Shown here: positions 9,927-19,455 of the stretch, one piece after another | Numbering within the stretch: position 1 is the first letter of the stretch | Layout: the number at the start of each line of letters is the position of its first letter | Assembly (NCBI GenBank): GCA_044221725.1 | Contig: JBGAON010000002.1 | Coordinates: 224,001 to 288,000, forward strand | From: Elusimicrobiota bacterium | GTDB taxonomy: Bacteria > Elusimicrobiota > Elusimicrobia > F11 | Direction of reading: 5' to 3' | DNA length: 64,000 nt | Notes under the pieces: generated by a model | What the model was told of the DNA's origin: nothing | Seen by the model: only the letters and a program-made list of their open reading frames with translations | Database searches by the model: none | Program-made: the position numbers and the translations under genes

Positions 9927-11408
9927 TTGAAACTTTTCGCGCCGCAACGTTTCCATGTGGGACTCGGTTTCTCAACCGCATGTTTTTTTGTGGCAAAATC
10001 GGTCGGCTACGGTCGCCAGCTCATCTTGGCCTACAACTTCGGCGTTTCGAGAAATTTGGATATTTACTTGATGACCTACGCGATAACGATGCTGATCGTG
10101 TCGTCGTTTACGTTGTGGTTTGACCAAATGGCCATCCCGCGGCTCGTGCACATAAGCGAAAAAGACGGAAAAGCAGCGTTTCAGCATATGAGCGGATCGG
10201 TGTTGTCGCTGGCGGTGATTTTCGGAATTGTACTGACGGTTGTGTTTCTGCTGCTGGTCGGCCCGGTATCGGAACTCCTGTGCAAAGGATTTTCCATCGA
10301 CGAGCGCGCGTTGGTTCGGCATATGTCCTGGTATTTTGTGCCGTGGATCCTCACGATTTTTCCGTACAACGCGTTAACAGCGATTTTGAAAAGTTTGCGT
10401 TTCTATAGTGTCGTCTCTATTGCTGATCTTATGGTTTCGGTGATTTCCACAACTGGTTTTCTGTTCTGGCACTCCCGTTTGGCGGCGTTGCCGGTGACAT
10501 TGTCGCTTGGATACATAATTGCGTTTTCGACGTTGGCCTTTTTTGCGCGCTCGCATATTTCGCTTTTGGTTTCTCCTTTCCACGAGAAATTAAGCTCGCT
10601 GTACCATGATTTCAAACAGATGTTTGTGGTCAATCAAATGGTTTTCATTCAACAATCGTTTGAGCGTTTTTATCAGTCCTATTTGATTCCGGGTTCGATT
10701 GCCGCTTTCAATTATGTGAACCAACTCATGGGACCGCTTTACGAACTGCTCACGTTTGACGAAATATTCGTGGTGCCGATCTCAGCAACGGAAAATCGCG
10801 TCCAAAAATTCGAGCGCCTGCTTTGTGGGCTGCTGTTGTTGTCGGCTCCGATGGCGGTTTTTCTATTTTTCGAATCGGAAGCAATCATCCGGATTCTTTA
10901 CGAGCGCGGCCGTTTCGGTCCCGAAGCAACGCAGGTGGCTCACCGCATCCTTCAAGTCACCGCGTGCGGGCTAGCGATTGGTGCGCTCTCCACGCCGCTT
11001 ATTCGAATGCTTCAAATCTCAGGCCGCGTGCTATCGATTGGTTGGCCAAATCTCACGCTCACGACCGCCATGGTCATATTTAATTTCATTCTGATTTTTA
11101 TCATGAAGTGGGATGTGCTCGGCTTTGCCATCGCAACGGCGCTCGCGCAACAGGTTTGTGTCGTAACCGCCTTCATTATCCTCTTCCACCGCGGAATCCG
11201 GATTAACATCTTGCGGCTTGGAAAATATCTGCTGTGGTCGCTCGTTGTGAGTATGTTCTGTCACCTTGTTGCCAGTTTCCTGCCGTGGTCGGGTCGCGCG
11301 CTCATCGGATTCTTTTTACGGTCTGCCGTGTACGGCCTCATGTTGGCGTTGGCCTATTGGGGACTCCGGGCGCGATTGCGAGCAATTGTCTATGGACACG
11401 CCCAATGA
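9927..11408 (+). CDS. MurJ/MviN-like (MOP superfamily) lipid-linked glycan flippase
   Basis: Many TM segments, GYGRQLILAYNFG, IIRILYERGRF; start uncertain (TTG 9927). Confidence 0.8.
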   Translation: MKLFAPQRFHVGLGFSTACFFVAKSVGYGRQLILAYNFGVSRNLDIYLMTYAITMLIVSSFTLWFDQMAIPRLVHISEKDGKAAFQHMSGSVLSLAVIFGIVLTVVFLLLVGPVSELLCKGFSIDERALVRHMSWYFVPWILTIFPYNALTAILKSLRFYSVVSIADLMVSVISTTGFLFWHSRLAALPVTLSLGYIIAFSTLAFFARSHISLLVSPFHEKLSSLYHDFKQMFVVNQMVFIQQSFERFYQSYLIPGSIAAFNYVNQLMGPLYELLTFDEIFVVPISATENRVQKFERLLCGLLLLSAPMAVFLFFESEAIIRILYERGRFGPEATQVAHRILQVTACGLAIGALSTPLIRMLQISGRVLSIGWPNLTLTTAMVIFNFILIFIMKWDVLGFAIATALAQQVCVVTAFIILFHRGIRINILRLGKYLLWSLVVSMFCHLVASFLPWSGRALIGFFLRSAVYGLMLALAYWGLRARLRAIVYGHAQ

Positions 11409-12865
11409 AGATCCTTTTGTACGGAACCTGTAGCTTTCCTTACTTCTTTCGCGAATTCCTTCGCGTCGCCGCGCAGCGGAAATCGGATATCGACTGGCGC
11501 GTGATTGTTCTTTCGTGGCGACATTTGGCGCTCTACAAGGGCGTCATTGCGGACGAACACCTTTTCTATGTGCATTCGCGCGTGAACGAATTGATGACCG
11601 ACAAGCGGGTGGATCTTTCGGTGTTATCGACATATGAGGGGTCGGTGTTTCGCGATCTGTTCGCCGACAAGAGATTGCCCGGGCAGCTGCGAACCAAATC
11701 GAAGAACTACCAACTGCGCACGGCCATCGCGTTTTATCGAGCGTACAAGGAATACCTCATAAAAGAGAAGCCCGACGTGATCTTTTTGCCGTTGATCGAG
11801 ACGCTCGAAGGTTTTGTTCTTTACAAGGCAGCCGTGGAGCTCGGTATAAAAACATTTTTCCACTGCTCGGCACGGAACCTAAAGCTCAGCTTTTTTTCTC
11901 TAACGCCGTTCGAAGCCATGCCACCCAATGCAATGACGAACCCGGTTCCCGCCGAGTTCATAAAGAAGGCCGAAGAATATTTGGAAAATTTCCGGAAAAA
12001 CCCGCACCCCGCTTATTCGGTGCAATACGAACCACCGGAGTCCGAGATTGTTGCGTACGGACGAAGCAAGGCGATTCATGAAAAAATTTGGAAGTTTCCA
12101 ATGTTTGTTTGGAATCTCGCGAAAGATCAGATCTTGGAGCCGCACGCAGCACGCCCGAACCCAATTTGGTATCAACCCCACATTCAATTGTGGGCCCTTA
12201 ACAAAATGATTTGGTCTCTGAAAGCAAAGACGCGCGGCCATTTTTTCGACATTCATTCGGCCGATCAACTCCCGCCCAAGTTCGTTTATTTTCCGTTGCA
12301 CATGTCACCGGAGCTATCGTTGACCACGTACGCTCCATTTTTCGAGGACCAGATCCGCGCGATTGATTTGATTTTGTTGCACATGCCGTCCGATCACTAT
12401 TTGGTGGTCAAGGAACATCCCGTGATGAACGGAATGAGGCCCGCTTGGTTTTATAAAGATCTCAAAAAGAAAGCGGGAGTGTTATTGACGGCGAGCGGTG
12501 TTTCAGGAACCGAACTGATTCGCCGTTCCGCTTTGACGGCCATTGTCACTGGAACGGCCGGCATGGAAGCGCTTTTTTTGGGAAAGCCGTCCATGTCTTT
12601 GGGGTGTAGCTTTTTCTCTCCGTGGCTGACGCAGGGCGACTCGTTCGAACATTTGGACCAGACAATTCGGGAAGCGATGCGCCGTTCGCCCGAGGATATG
12701 CACGCAAAAGCCGTCGACTTGATCGCGCGCGTTTTCATGGTTGGGCACACCTGTTACTTTAAAGATCCGCATGACCCGGATTTCCCATGGAAGTACACAA
12801 TGAACAAAACAAACGTAAATAATTTTTATGATGCGTTTATGAGGTTTCTCCCGAATGTCCAATAA
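11405..12865 (+). CDS. Capsule polysaccharide biosynthesis protein, KpsS/KpsC-like ulosonic-acid transferase fold
   Basis: FVYFPLHMSPE, LVVKEHP, TGTAGMEALFLGKP. Confidence 0.75.
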   Translation: MKILLYGTCSFPYFFREFLRVAAQRKSDIDWRVIVLSWRHLALYKGVIADEHLFYVHSRVNELMTDKRVDLSVLSTYEGSVFRDLFADKRLPGQLRTKSKNYQLRTAIAFYRAYKEYLIKEKPDVIFLPLIETLEGFVLYKAAVELGIKTFFHCSARNLKLSFFSLTPFEAMPPNAMTNPVPAEFIKKAEEYLENFRKNPHPAYSVQYEPPESEIVAYGRSKAIHEKIWKFPMFVWNLAKDQILEPHAARPNPIWYQPHIQLWALNKMIWSLKAKTRGHFFDIHSADQLPPKFVYFPLHMSPELSLTTYAPFFEDQIRAIDLILLHMPSDHYLVVKEHPVMNGMRPAWFYKDLKKKAGVLLTASGVSGTELIRRSALTAIVTGTAGMEALFLGKPSMSLGCSFFSPWLTQGDSFEHLDQTIREAMRRSPEDMHAKAVDLIARVFMVGHTCYFKDPHDPDFPWKYTMNKTNVNNFYDAFMRFLPNVQ

Positions 12866-13679
12866 GCATCCGCTGTTCGATCAGAAGTTTCTATCCGTTC
12901 CGTTTCGCCCACTTCGCGATCTGTTTAACCAATTCCTCTCCAATGGTGGCGCCACCTATTACATGCTTCGCGACGGCATTACGACAAAGTTCTATTTGTA
13001 CAACTACTTCGCTCAGCTGGCCGGGCAGCCTTTTTCGGCCGAATGGACGCTGACGCTGTACTCACAGAAAGGCGATCGATCAAAGACGGTTTCCGGAAAA
13101 TTTCGCGATGTTGAAACCGTCGTCGTGAACGCCGAAGACGTGGCAAGCGGATTTGACGATATGGGTGTTTGCCTCGCGCATATACGTCCGACGGATCGCG
13201 GTCGGAGCATGCGCGTTAGTTACCCGACGATTTTCTTCGCCGAATTTCTCACCGAACATGGACGTGCGTTCATTCACTCGAACGCTTATCCGGTTCCGCG
13301 AATTCACGAGGCGCACGATCTGATTGTCGGCTCCGTGAACCCGAAGGAATTTCCGTTTCTACTGGTGTCAAATTCGTGCGACCGAGTGTTCGGCATTCCA
13401 CGCGCCGTGCGAGAGGTTGGCCCCACGATCAAAGTGGAAAATCACCGGGGCGAAACACGCGAGCACGGGCTCGAGCCGATTGCTCCGCTTGGTTGTCGAA
13501 TGGTTCGTCTGGAAGAAATTTGGCGCGATCTCCCTCAGTTTTTCGAAGACAAACCCGGTGTGGTTCATGTTAGCGGTCCAAACGTTTTGTATTCGCCGTT
13601 GATCGTGCTCAAGCGGGCCAACGTGGAACATTTCCAAGGGCTTAAATGGCGCGACGTGCCCGCTCCAAAGGAACGTTAA
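12855..13679 (+). CDS. Hypothetical protein
   Basis: 274-aa ORF overlapping both neighbours; no family recognised. Confidence 0.7.
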   Translation: MSNKHPLFDQKFLSVPFRPLRDLFNQFLSNGGATYYMLRDGITTKFYLYNYFAQLAGQPFSAEWTLTLYSQKGDRSKTVSGKFRDVETVVVNAEDVASGFDDMGVCLAHIRPTDRGRSMRVSYPTIFFAEFLTEHGRAFIHSNAYPVPRIHEAHDLIVGSVNPKEFPFLLVSNSCDRVFGIPRAVREVGPTIKVENHRGETREHGLEPIAPLGCRMVRLEEIWRDLPQFFEDKPGVVHVSGPNVLYSPLIVLKRANVEHFQGLKWRDVPAPKER

Positions 13680-14515
13680 TGGAACTGCAGCGATTGCTAT
13701 CGGCATGGCCAAAAACAAGTTTGTGGAATGGATACGTTCACAATCTCGCGAGCGATCAGGACGGAATCATTGAATACCGAAATTTTTGCCGGCAGCGTTT
13801 GTCGGTTCATGGATTGTTTTTGAACAGCGACGGCACCGAGCTCTCCGGTGTTCCGCCATTGACCGCGCAACTCAATCCAAACGAGTTTTTGCAAATTAGC
13901 ACGAAGAAATATCTGGGCGACCGAGGAATTCATTCGTTTCAAGGGCAGTGCATGCTTTTCTTTGAAAATCCCGCCGATGATCGCGACTATGTTCCGCCGG
14001 CGGTGACAATGAATTGGGTGTCGGAATCGCATCACAGCGAGGTAGCGTCTCAAGCGGTGCGAAATTTGAATTCGGCAGTGAAAAAAGGCGGGCGCTCGTT
14101 TTTTATGTACTGCCCGATGGCGCTTGTGAACGACGACTATAAGACGCTCGTGACAATTTTTAATTCCTCCGTGGATTCGTCGTACAACGATGCCGTCCTA
14201 CTTCGTCCCGTGCTGCGGCGTTTGGATGGAAAATCGCTGGAAGGCGAGCCGGTTCGCATTCCGCCGTTTGGTATGGCGTTAATCGATGTGGGAACGTTTG
14301 GAAACGGCGAGGGCGAGCGCTTTCTGCGCGCCGATGGCGGACGCGGTTCACTGTCGATATCTCACTCTGGTTACAGCCTTACGTCCTTCTTTTTCCTTGT
14401 TCATAAGAAAACGAACCGCGTTATCACTGGGCAACACACGCAGCCGCCGGGCTACGTATTTTCGGAACCAAAAGTCTGGTGGGGAAAATTGCGGCGGTAC
14501 GCGTTTTGGTCTTAG
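13679..14515 (+). CDS. Hypothetical protein, possibly a distant paralogue of the preceding gene
   Basis: TAATG stop/start overlap; no family recognised. Confidence 0.7.
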   Translation: MELQRLLSAWPKTSLWNGYVHNLASDQDGIIEYRNFCRQRLSVHGLFLNSDGTELSGVPPLTAQLNPNEFLQISTKKYLGDRGIHSFQGQCMLFFENPADDRDYVPPAVTMNWVSESHHSEVASQAVRNLNSAVKKGGRSFFMYCPMALVNDDYKTLVTIFNSSVDSSYNDAVLLRPVLRRLDGKSLEGEPVRIPPFGMALIDVGTFGNGEGERFLRADGGRGSLSISHSGYSLTSFFFLVHKKTNRVITGQHTQPPGYVFSEPKVWWGKLRRYAFWS

Positions 14516-14550
14516 TTTTTGCATGTCAAAACCGGAATCATAAGAGATAG

Positions 14551-15471
14551 ATGGCAGCTTCTGAGCCTCTGATCAGCGTCATTGTTCCAACCTACAACCG
14601 AGCGGACACAATCCGCCAAGCGCTGCAATCCGTCGTCGATCAGACGCACGACAATTTCGAAGTGTTCGTGGCGGACGATGGTTCAACGGACAACACCGAA
14701 GACGTCGTGCGCTCGTTCAATGATCCTCGAATTCACTATCTGCGCCTTGAGCACACGGGGCGCCCGGCCGTGGCACGAAACGAGGCTCTTAGAAAATCAA
14801 AAGGCTCGTTTATTGCTTTTTTGGATTCGGACGATATCTGGTATCCCGAGAAGACGGCCCGGCAGCTGGCCGTTTTTGAAAAGTATCCGGATTTGTTGGC
14901 CGTAGCCACGACGGTCATGTGGTTTGATGGAACGTCCGAGTGGCGCGAAGACCGGTTGTGGAGCGATTGGCGTGTTCGCATGGTGGACGTCATGAAAAAC
15001 AACATGATTGTTTACTCTAGCACGCTGATGCGCGCGTCACTCATCCAGCAAATCGGGTTGACCAGCGAAGCGCTGGAAGTGAATGCGTCGGAAGATTTCG
15101 AATATTGGTTGCGCTTGCTTGATTACAAAGACCGGTCCATTCTCATCATGAAGGATGTGCTAACAAAATATCGAACGCACAAAGGCAGTCATGTTTTTGT
15201 CTTGTCGAAAAAAACGTTGCCCGAGGAAGAACGGTACGCGTTCTGCTTGAACATGTACAAGCACAAATATCCCGAGCTTGTTCGCGATTATATTGCGGCG
15301 TACAAGCAACGCATGAATATTGTGCGGGCGACTATCGCGGTTTATCACGGGGTAAAAAATCCGTCAGAGATTTTGTCCGATAATGTTCTGCCGTTCTTGA
15401 ACCGACTTGTGATTTGCGCGAAGTACTACACAAAAAAGATTCTCGGCAAGTTGCCAGAGCCAGCACGGTGA
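14551..15471 (+). CDS. Glycosyltransferase family 2
   Basis: SVIVPTYNR, DDGSTD, AFLDSDD, SEDFEYW. Confidence 0.92.
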   Translation: MAASEPLISVIVPTYNRADTIRQALQSVVDQTHDNFEVFVADDGSTDNTEDVVRSFNDPRIHYLRLEHTGRPAVARNEALRKSKGSFIAFLDSDDIWYPEKTARQLAVFEKYPDLLAVATTVMWFDGTSEWREDRLWSDWRVRMVDVMKNNMIVYSSTLMRASLIQQIGLTSEALEVNASEDFEYWLRLLDYKDRSILIMKDVLTKYRTHKGSHVFVLSKKTLPEEERYAFCLNMYKHKYPELVRDYIAAYKQRMNIVRATIAVYHGVKNPSEILSDNVLPFLNRLVICAKYYTKKILGKLPEPAR

Positions 15472-17249
15472 AGCAACGCTTCGTTCTTGTCCTGATATTT
15501 GTCTTTTCTGTTGGCGTTTTTTGGCTGGGCACCTTCGCTTCCATCGATAAATCCGACCTGCCGGCGCTTTTGTTTGACGGTGTGGCGAACGCTGAAGGCC
15601 TTCGCACCACGATGTTGGAGCTCCGGTCCGAGGTTTATCAGTATTACAAGAACACAGGCACCGAGAATATTGTGATGTCGGCTTACCATGGTTACGTCGA
15701 TCCCTTGAAGAGTCACAGCGTGACCGTTGATCTCGAGGGGGAAACCGTAACGATGCCTTCCGCCGTCATTAACGAAATGCGGGGATCGCTGCTTCTCCAT
15801 CCTTATGATGAGGTAAACGCAATCCGCGCGCTGCAGCAGATTCGGCCGCGGCAATGGCAGTTCAATCCACACATCTTTCAGTACGGCACCGTTTTTATTT
15901 ACTTGCTCGGTTTTGGGTTGCTGGTGGCGCAAAAGGTTGGTGCGTTTGTTTTGACGTCGGACATGAGCTACTACCTGGTTCATCCAAACCAGATGGCCAA
16001 ATTGTATGCGGTCGCCAAAATGTGGGTGGGCGTGATGACCGCGCTCGGCGTATTTCCGCTCTATGCGCTCGGAAAATTCTGGAAAAACCGCCGCGTCGGC
16101 CTTGTTGCCGCGAGCCTTTATCCGTTCGTGCCGTTGTTTTTTATTTTCGGTCATCACATGAAACCGCACGGACTCGCTATGCCGTTCGCGTTGGCAGCGA
16201 TACTTCTTTGTTTAAAAGCGTTCCTCGAGCAGCCGACGCGGAAACAGTATTTTGTCGCCGGCCTCGTGACCGGCATGTGTATCGGTGTAATTTACACGTC
16301 GGTTTTTATTTTTCCCGTTTTGCTTATGAGTTATTGGTTTAACGCGGAGCGATCGACGTCCGAAAAAGGGACGTTCGTGATGGCTTTGCTCGGCGTGGGC
16401 GTCGGGTTCTTAATCTTCAATCCGTTCTATGTTTTGACGCCCGCAGAACCGTTGCAAGAACTGCACACACTTTTTGGTCGTCACGTGGTCACAACATCGA
16501 TCCCTGCCAAACTCAAGCAATTTTTCGGCTACGAAGTTCAAGTCGGAATTGGACGCGCGCTCTTCTTCTTGTCTTTGCTCGGCATGATCGTTGGGTTTCG
16601 CGACGGCCAGCGGTCAACACGGTTCTTGTTAGCGACGACCGTGTTGTCGGTGATTCCCACATTAATTAATCGTGGAGATGCTTATTATTCCGGACCGACA
16701 TTCGCGCTGCTGTTGTTGTGGGTTGGCATCTTTGCGGATCGAATGGTGTTCAGCACGCCGCGCTCGGTGACGGCGAGTTTCTTGTTGGGAATTACCGTCG
16801 TGCACGCCGTTTTACTTCAGCTGACGTACGTTGCGTTGTACCGGCAGCCGCAACCCGAATACGATGCCGCGAAGTGGATCAACACAAACATTCCGAAGGG
16901 GGCAACGCTGGTTCGAATTGAGGAACAAGGGGAGCATTTTTCTATTCCTTATCGGACGTGGAGATACACCGGCTACTATCCGGAGAAGCCGCTGCGTCTT
17001 GAGTCGCTGGGTTTGCCCGGGGCTCTGGAGGCCGACACGTTACGCGTAGGCTCCGCTTCTGCGCAATATGTTTTGGCCACCACGCTCGGCCAATTGCCGA
17101 CCGTTTTCGAAACGAACGGTGCTTCTTATAAACAAGTGCACATGTCCCGCCGCTACACGCAACTGCAAAAATTTTTTCCATTTGATCTGTTCCCGTATTG
17201 CATGGCGAACTTTGCGGCCAAAATTTATGTGTACGAGCGCCAACCGTGA
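15468..17249 (+). CDS. GT-C fold membrane glycosyltransferase (ArnT/PMT-like)
   Basis: About 11 TM segments, loop HPYDE...FNPHIFQYG, C-terminal AAKWINTNIP; GTG start overlaps the upstream TGA. Confidence 0.7.
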   Translation: MKQRFVLVLIFVFSVGVFWLGTFASIDKSDLPALLFDGVANAEGLRTTMLELRSEVYQYYKNTGTENIVMSAYHGYVDPLKSHSVTVDLEGETVTMPSAVINEMRGSLLLHPYDEVNAIRALQQIRPRQWQFNPHIFQYGTVFIYLLGFGLLVAQKVGAFVLTSDMSYYLVHPNQMAKLYAVAKMWVGVMTALGVFPLYALGKFWKNRRVGLVAASLYPFVPLFFIFGHHMKPHGLAMPFALAAILLCLKAFLEQPTRKQYFVAGLVTGMCIGVIYTSVFIFPVLLMSYWFNAERSTSEKGTFVMALLGVGVGFLIFNPFYVLTPAEPLQELHTLFGRHVVTTSIPAKLKQFFGYEVQVGIGRALFFLSLLGMIVGFRDGQRSTRFLLATTVLSVIPTLINRGDAYYSGPTFALLLLWVGIFADRMVFSTPRSVTASFLLGITVVHAVLLQLTYVALYRQPQPEYDAAKWINTNIPKGATLVRIEEQGEHFSIPYRTWRYTGYYPEKPLRLESLGLPGALEADTLRVGSASAQYVLATTLGQLPTVFETNGASYKQVHMSRRYTQLQKFFPFDLFPYCMANFAAKIYVYERQP

Positions 17250-17281
17250 GGTCATTGGGGTGACGAGGTCATTGGGATGAC
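17248..17281 (+). repeat. 17-bp tandem duplication with one mismatch spanning an intergenic gap and a start codon
   Basis: GAGGTCATTGGGGTGAC (17248-17264) followed by GAGGTCATTGGGATGAC (17265-17281). Confidence 0.9.
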
Positions 17282-18596
17282 GAAGATTTGCACGATCGGT
17301 CTCTGGCATCTGGGTTGCACAATGTCCGCGCATCTCGCTTCGCTCGGTTTCAACGTTGTCGGCGTTGATACCGACGCCACCATTGTAAAGAATCTCAACA
17401 ATGGAAAAGCGCCGTTGTCCGAGCCGGGTTTGAATGACCTAATTACGAAACAAATGAAGGACGGACACTTGTCGTTCACCTCGTCGCTTAAAGAAGGAAT
17501 CTCCGAGGCATCGTTTGTTTGGATTACATTCGACACGCCGGTTCGAGACGATGACGCGGCGGACGTGGGATTTGTTGCAAAACAATTTTCTCGCGTCGCC
17601 GAAGAAAATCTGTCGGCGGAAGGAATCATTGTTTCTTACCAGGTCTCCGTTGGGTTTTGTTCCCAGTTGGAGAAATTGGCGGAGAAAGCCGGATTCGGAA
17701 ATATTCCCATTTGTTACGTGCCAGAAAACCTGCGTTTGGGAAATGCGCTCAATGTTTTGAGAAAGATGGATCGCCTGGTGGCCGGTGTTCGCGAGGAGGG
17801 TCATAAAAAAATATTCGCGCCGGTTTTTGAAAAGATTTGCTCAAACATAATTTGGATGAAAACAGAATCCGCCGAAATGACGAAGCACGCTTTGAATGGT
17901 TTTCTCGCGACGTCCGTTGTGTTTGCAAACGAAGTAGCGACGGTTTGCGAAAGCGTGGGCGCGGATGCACGCGATGTGGCGTTGGGACTTCTTTCCGACG
18001 AAAGAATCGGCCCCAAGGCCTATTTGAAACCAGGAGCCGCTTTTGCGGGCGGAACATTGGCCCGCGACGTAACATTTCTCCGAGAATTAAGCGAGAAAAG
18101 GCGAAATCTCTCGGCGAATTTTTTCGCTGCTGTCACGAAGAGCAATCAAAGCCATCGTGATTGGGCGAAGCGAAAGCTAATATCGGAAATCAAATCGTTT
18201 GATAAGAAAGTTATTTCGGTGTGGGGTTTGAGTTACAAAGGAGGAACCGATACGTTGCGACGCTCCTGGGCCGCAGAACTGGTCGAATGGTTGATCGCGA
18301 AAGGGGCGCGGGTGAAAGTTTTTGATCCATTGATAAAACAATCTCCGAAATCGTGGCAGAAAAAAGTGGAATTCGCTCGGTCCAAAGAAGAAGCGTTGGT
18401 GGGATCGAGAGCGCTCGTGTTTGGTAACGATGACGCCTTCTTTAAGGACCTTAACGTTTCCAATCTCGCGCGGATGACAAACCGATTGATTATTGATGCG
18501 AATGGAGTTGCGCGGCTTCGCCTGTTGGCCGCGGACGTACCAATTAAATATTTTTCAGTCGGGTTTTCAGCGACGAGGATCCTTCATGGGCGCTAA
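17277..18596 (+). CDS. UDP-glucose/GDP-mannose dehydrogenase-family protein lacking the catalytic Cys (LmbL-like)
   Basis: IGLWHLG, PENLRLG, AEMTKHALN, DERIG, FAGGTLARD (canonical FGGSCFPKD), GLSYKGGTD. Confidence 0.85.
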   Translation: MTKICTIGLWHLGCTMSAHLASLGFNVVGVDTDATIVKNLNNGKAPLSEPGLNDLITKQMKDGHLSFTSSLKEGISEASFVWITFDTPVRDDDAADVGFVAKQFSRVAEENLSAEGIIVSYQVSVGFCSQLEKLAEKAGFGNIPICYVPENLRLGNALNVLRKMDRLVAGVREEGHKKIFAPVFEKICSNIIWMKTESAEMTKHALNGFLATSVVFANEVATVCESVGADARDVALGLLSDERIGPKAYLKPGAAFAGGTLARDVTFLRELSEKRRNLSANFFAAVTKSNQSHRDWAKRKLISEIKSFDKKVISVWGLSYKGGTDTLRRSWAAELVEWLIAKGARVKVFDPLIKQSPKSWQKKVEFARSKEEALVGSRALVFGNDDAFFKDLNVSNLARMTNRLIIDANGVARLRLLAADVPIKYFSVGFSATRILHGR

Positions 18597-19455
18597 ATCG
18601 CCGCGCGATATTCTGTTAACGGGGGCGAGCGGTGCCATCGGAACGGCCATGGCTTCCGCGCTCGCGAAAGCCGGTTTTTCACTTCATCTGACGTCGCGTC
18701 AACCGAAAAAGTTGTCCGCGCTCCAGAAAAGTGTGAAGGCCGCTGGAGCGAATGCTTTTGTGTATGCGTTGGACCTTAAATGTCCGCAAAGCATTACCGC
18801 TGTCGTAAAAACATTTATGCAGCGATCCGCAAACCCGTTTGGGCTCATCTGCAACGCCGGGGACTTCGGCGTTTTGGGAGATTTTTCAAAAGTGTCGGTG
18901 GAGCGCTGGATTTCCGATTTTTCTCAAAACTTTCTGTCGAACGCACGGCTGCTGCACGCTTTTCTCGATGGAATGAAAAGAAAAAAGGCGCCAGAAGGTT
19001 CGGTTGTCATGTTGAGCGGCGCGGGATTGGGCGGCAACAGTTCGTTTGCGCATTTCAGTTGTTACAGCACGGCCAAAGCCGCGGTTACCCATTTGGTGGA
19101 AGCATTGGCGCCAGAGCTTTTGCCGTCTCGAATTCGGATCAACGCAATTTCGCCGGGGCAAGTGTACAGCAACTTAACCGAAACGATGATCAAAGCAGGC
19201 GTGAAGCGCGTGGGCGAATTGGCCACGAGTGCCATGCGTTGCAAAGAAACGGGCGGAGTTCCGCCGCAGCTTGCGGCGCAACTGACAGAATTTTTAATGA
19301 GTCCGGACGCCGGAGAAATCACCGGTCGGTTATTGAGTGCTCGTTTTGATCTGTCTGCGCTGAAGAAGCAGGCCGGACGCGTCGCAAAGGATCCGAATCT
19401 CTTCAAGCTTCGGCGAATCGATGACGCACTATTCTCCGTTGTGAAGCCCTCATGA
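18586..19455 (+). CDS. Short-chain dehydrogenase/reductase
   Basis: TGASGAIG, CNAG, YSTAK, INAISPG. Confidence 0.9.
   Translation: MGAKSPRDILLTGASGAIGTAMASALAKAGFSLHLTSRQPKKLSALQKSVKAAGANAFVYALDLKCPQSITAVVKTFMQRSANPFGLICNAGDFGVLGDFSKVSVERWISDFSQNFLSNARLLHAFLDGMKRKKAPEGSVVMLSGAGLGGNSSFAHFSCYSTAKAAVTHLVEALAPELLPSRIRINAISPGQVYSNLTETMIKAGVKRVGELATSAMRCKETGGVPPQLAAQLTEFLMSPDAGEITGRLLSARFDLSALKKQAGRVAKDPNLFKLRRIDDALFSVVKPS

Noticed and set aside
17248..17281. CRISPR array or IS end
   Set aside because: Only two adjacent copies with no spacer, and no cas or transposase genes in the window
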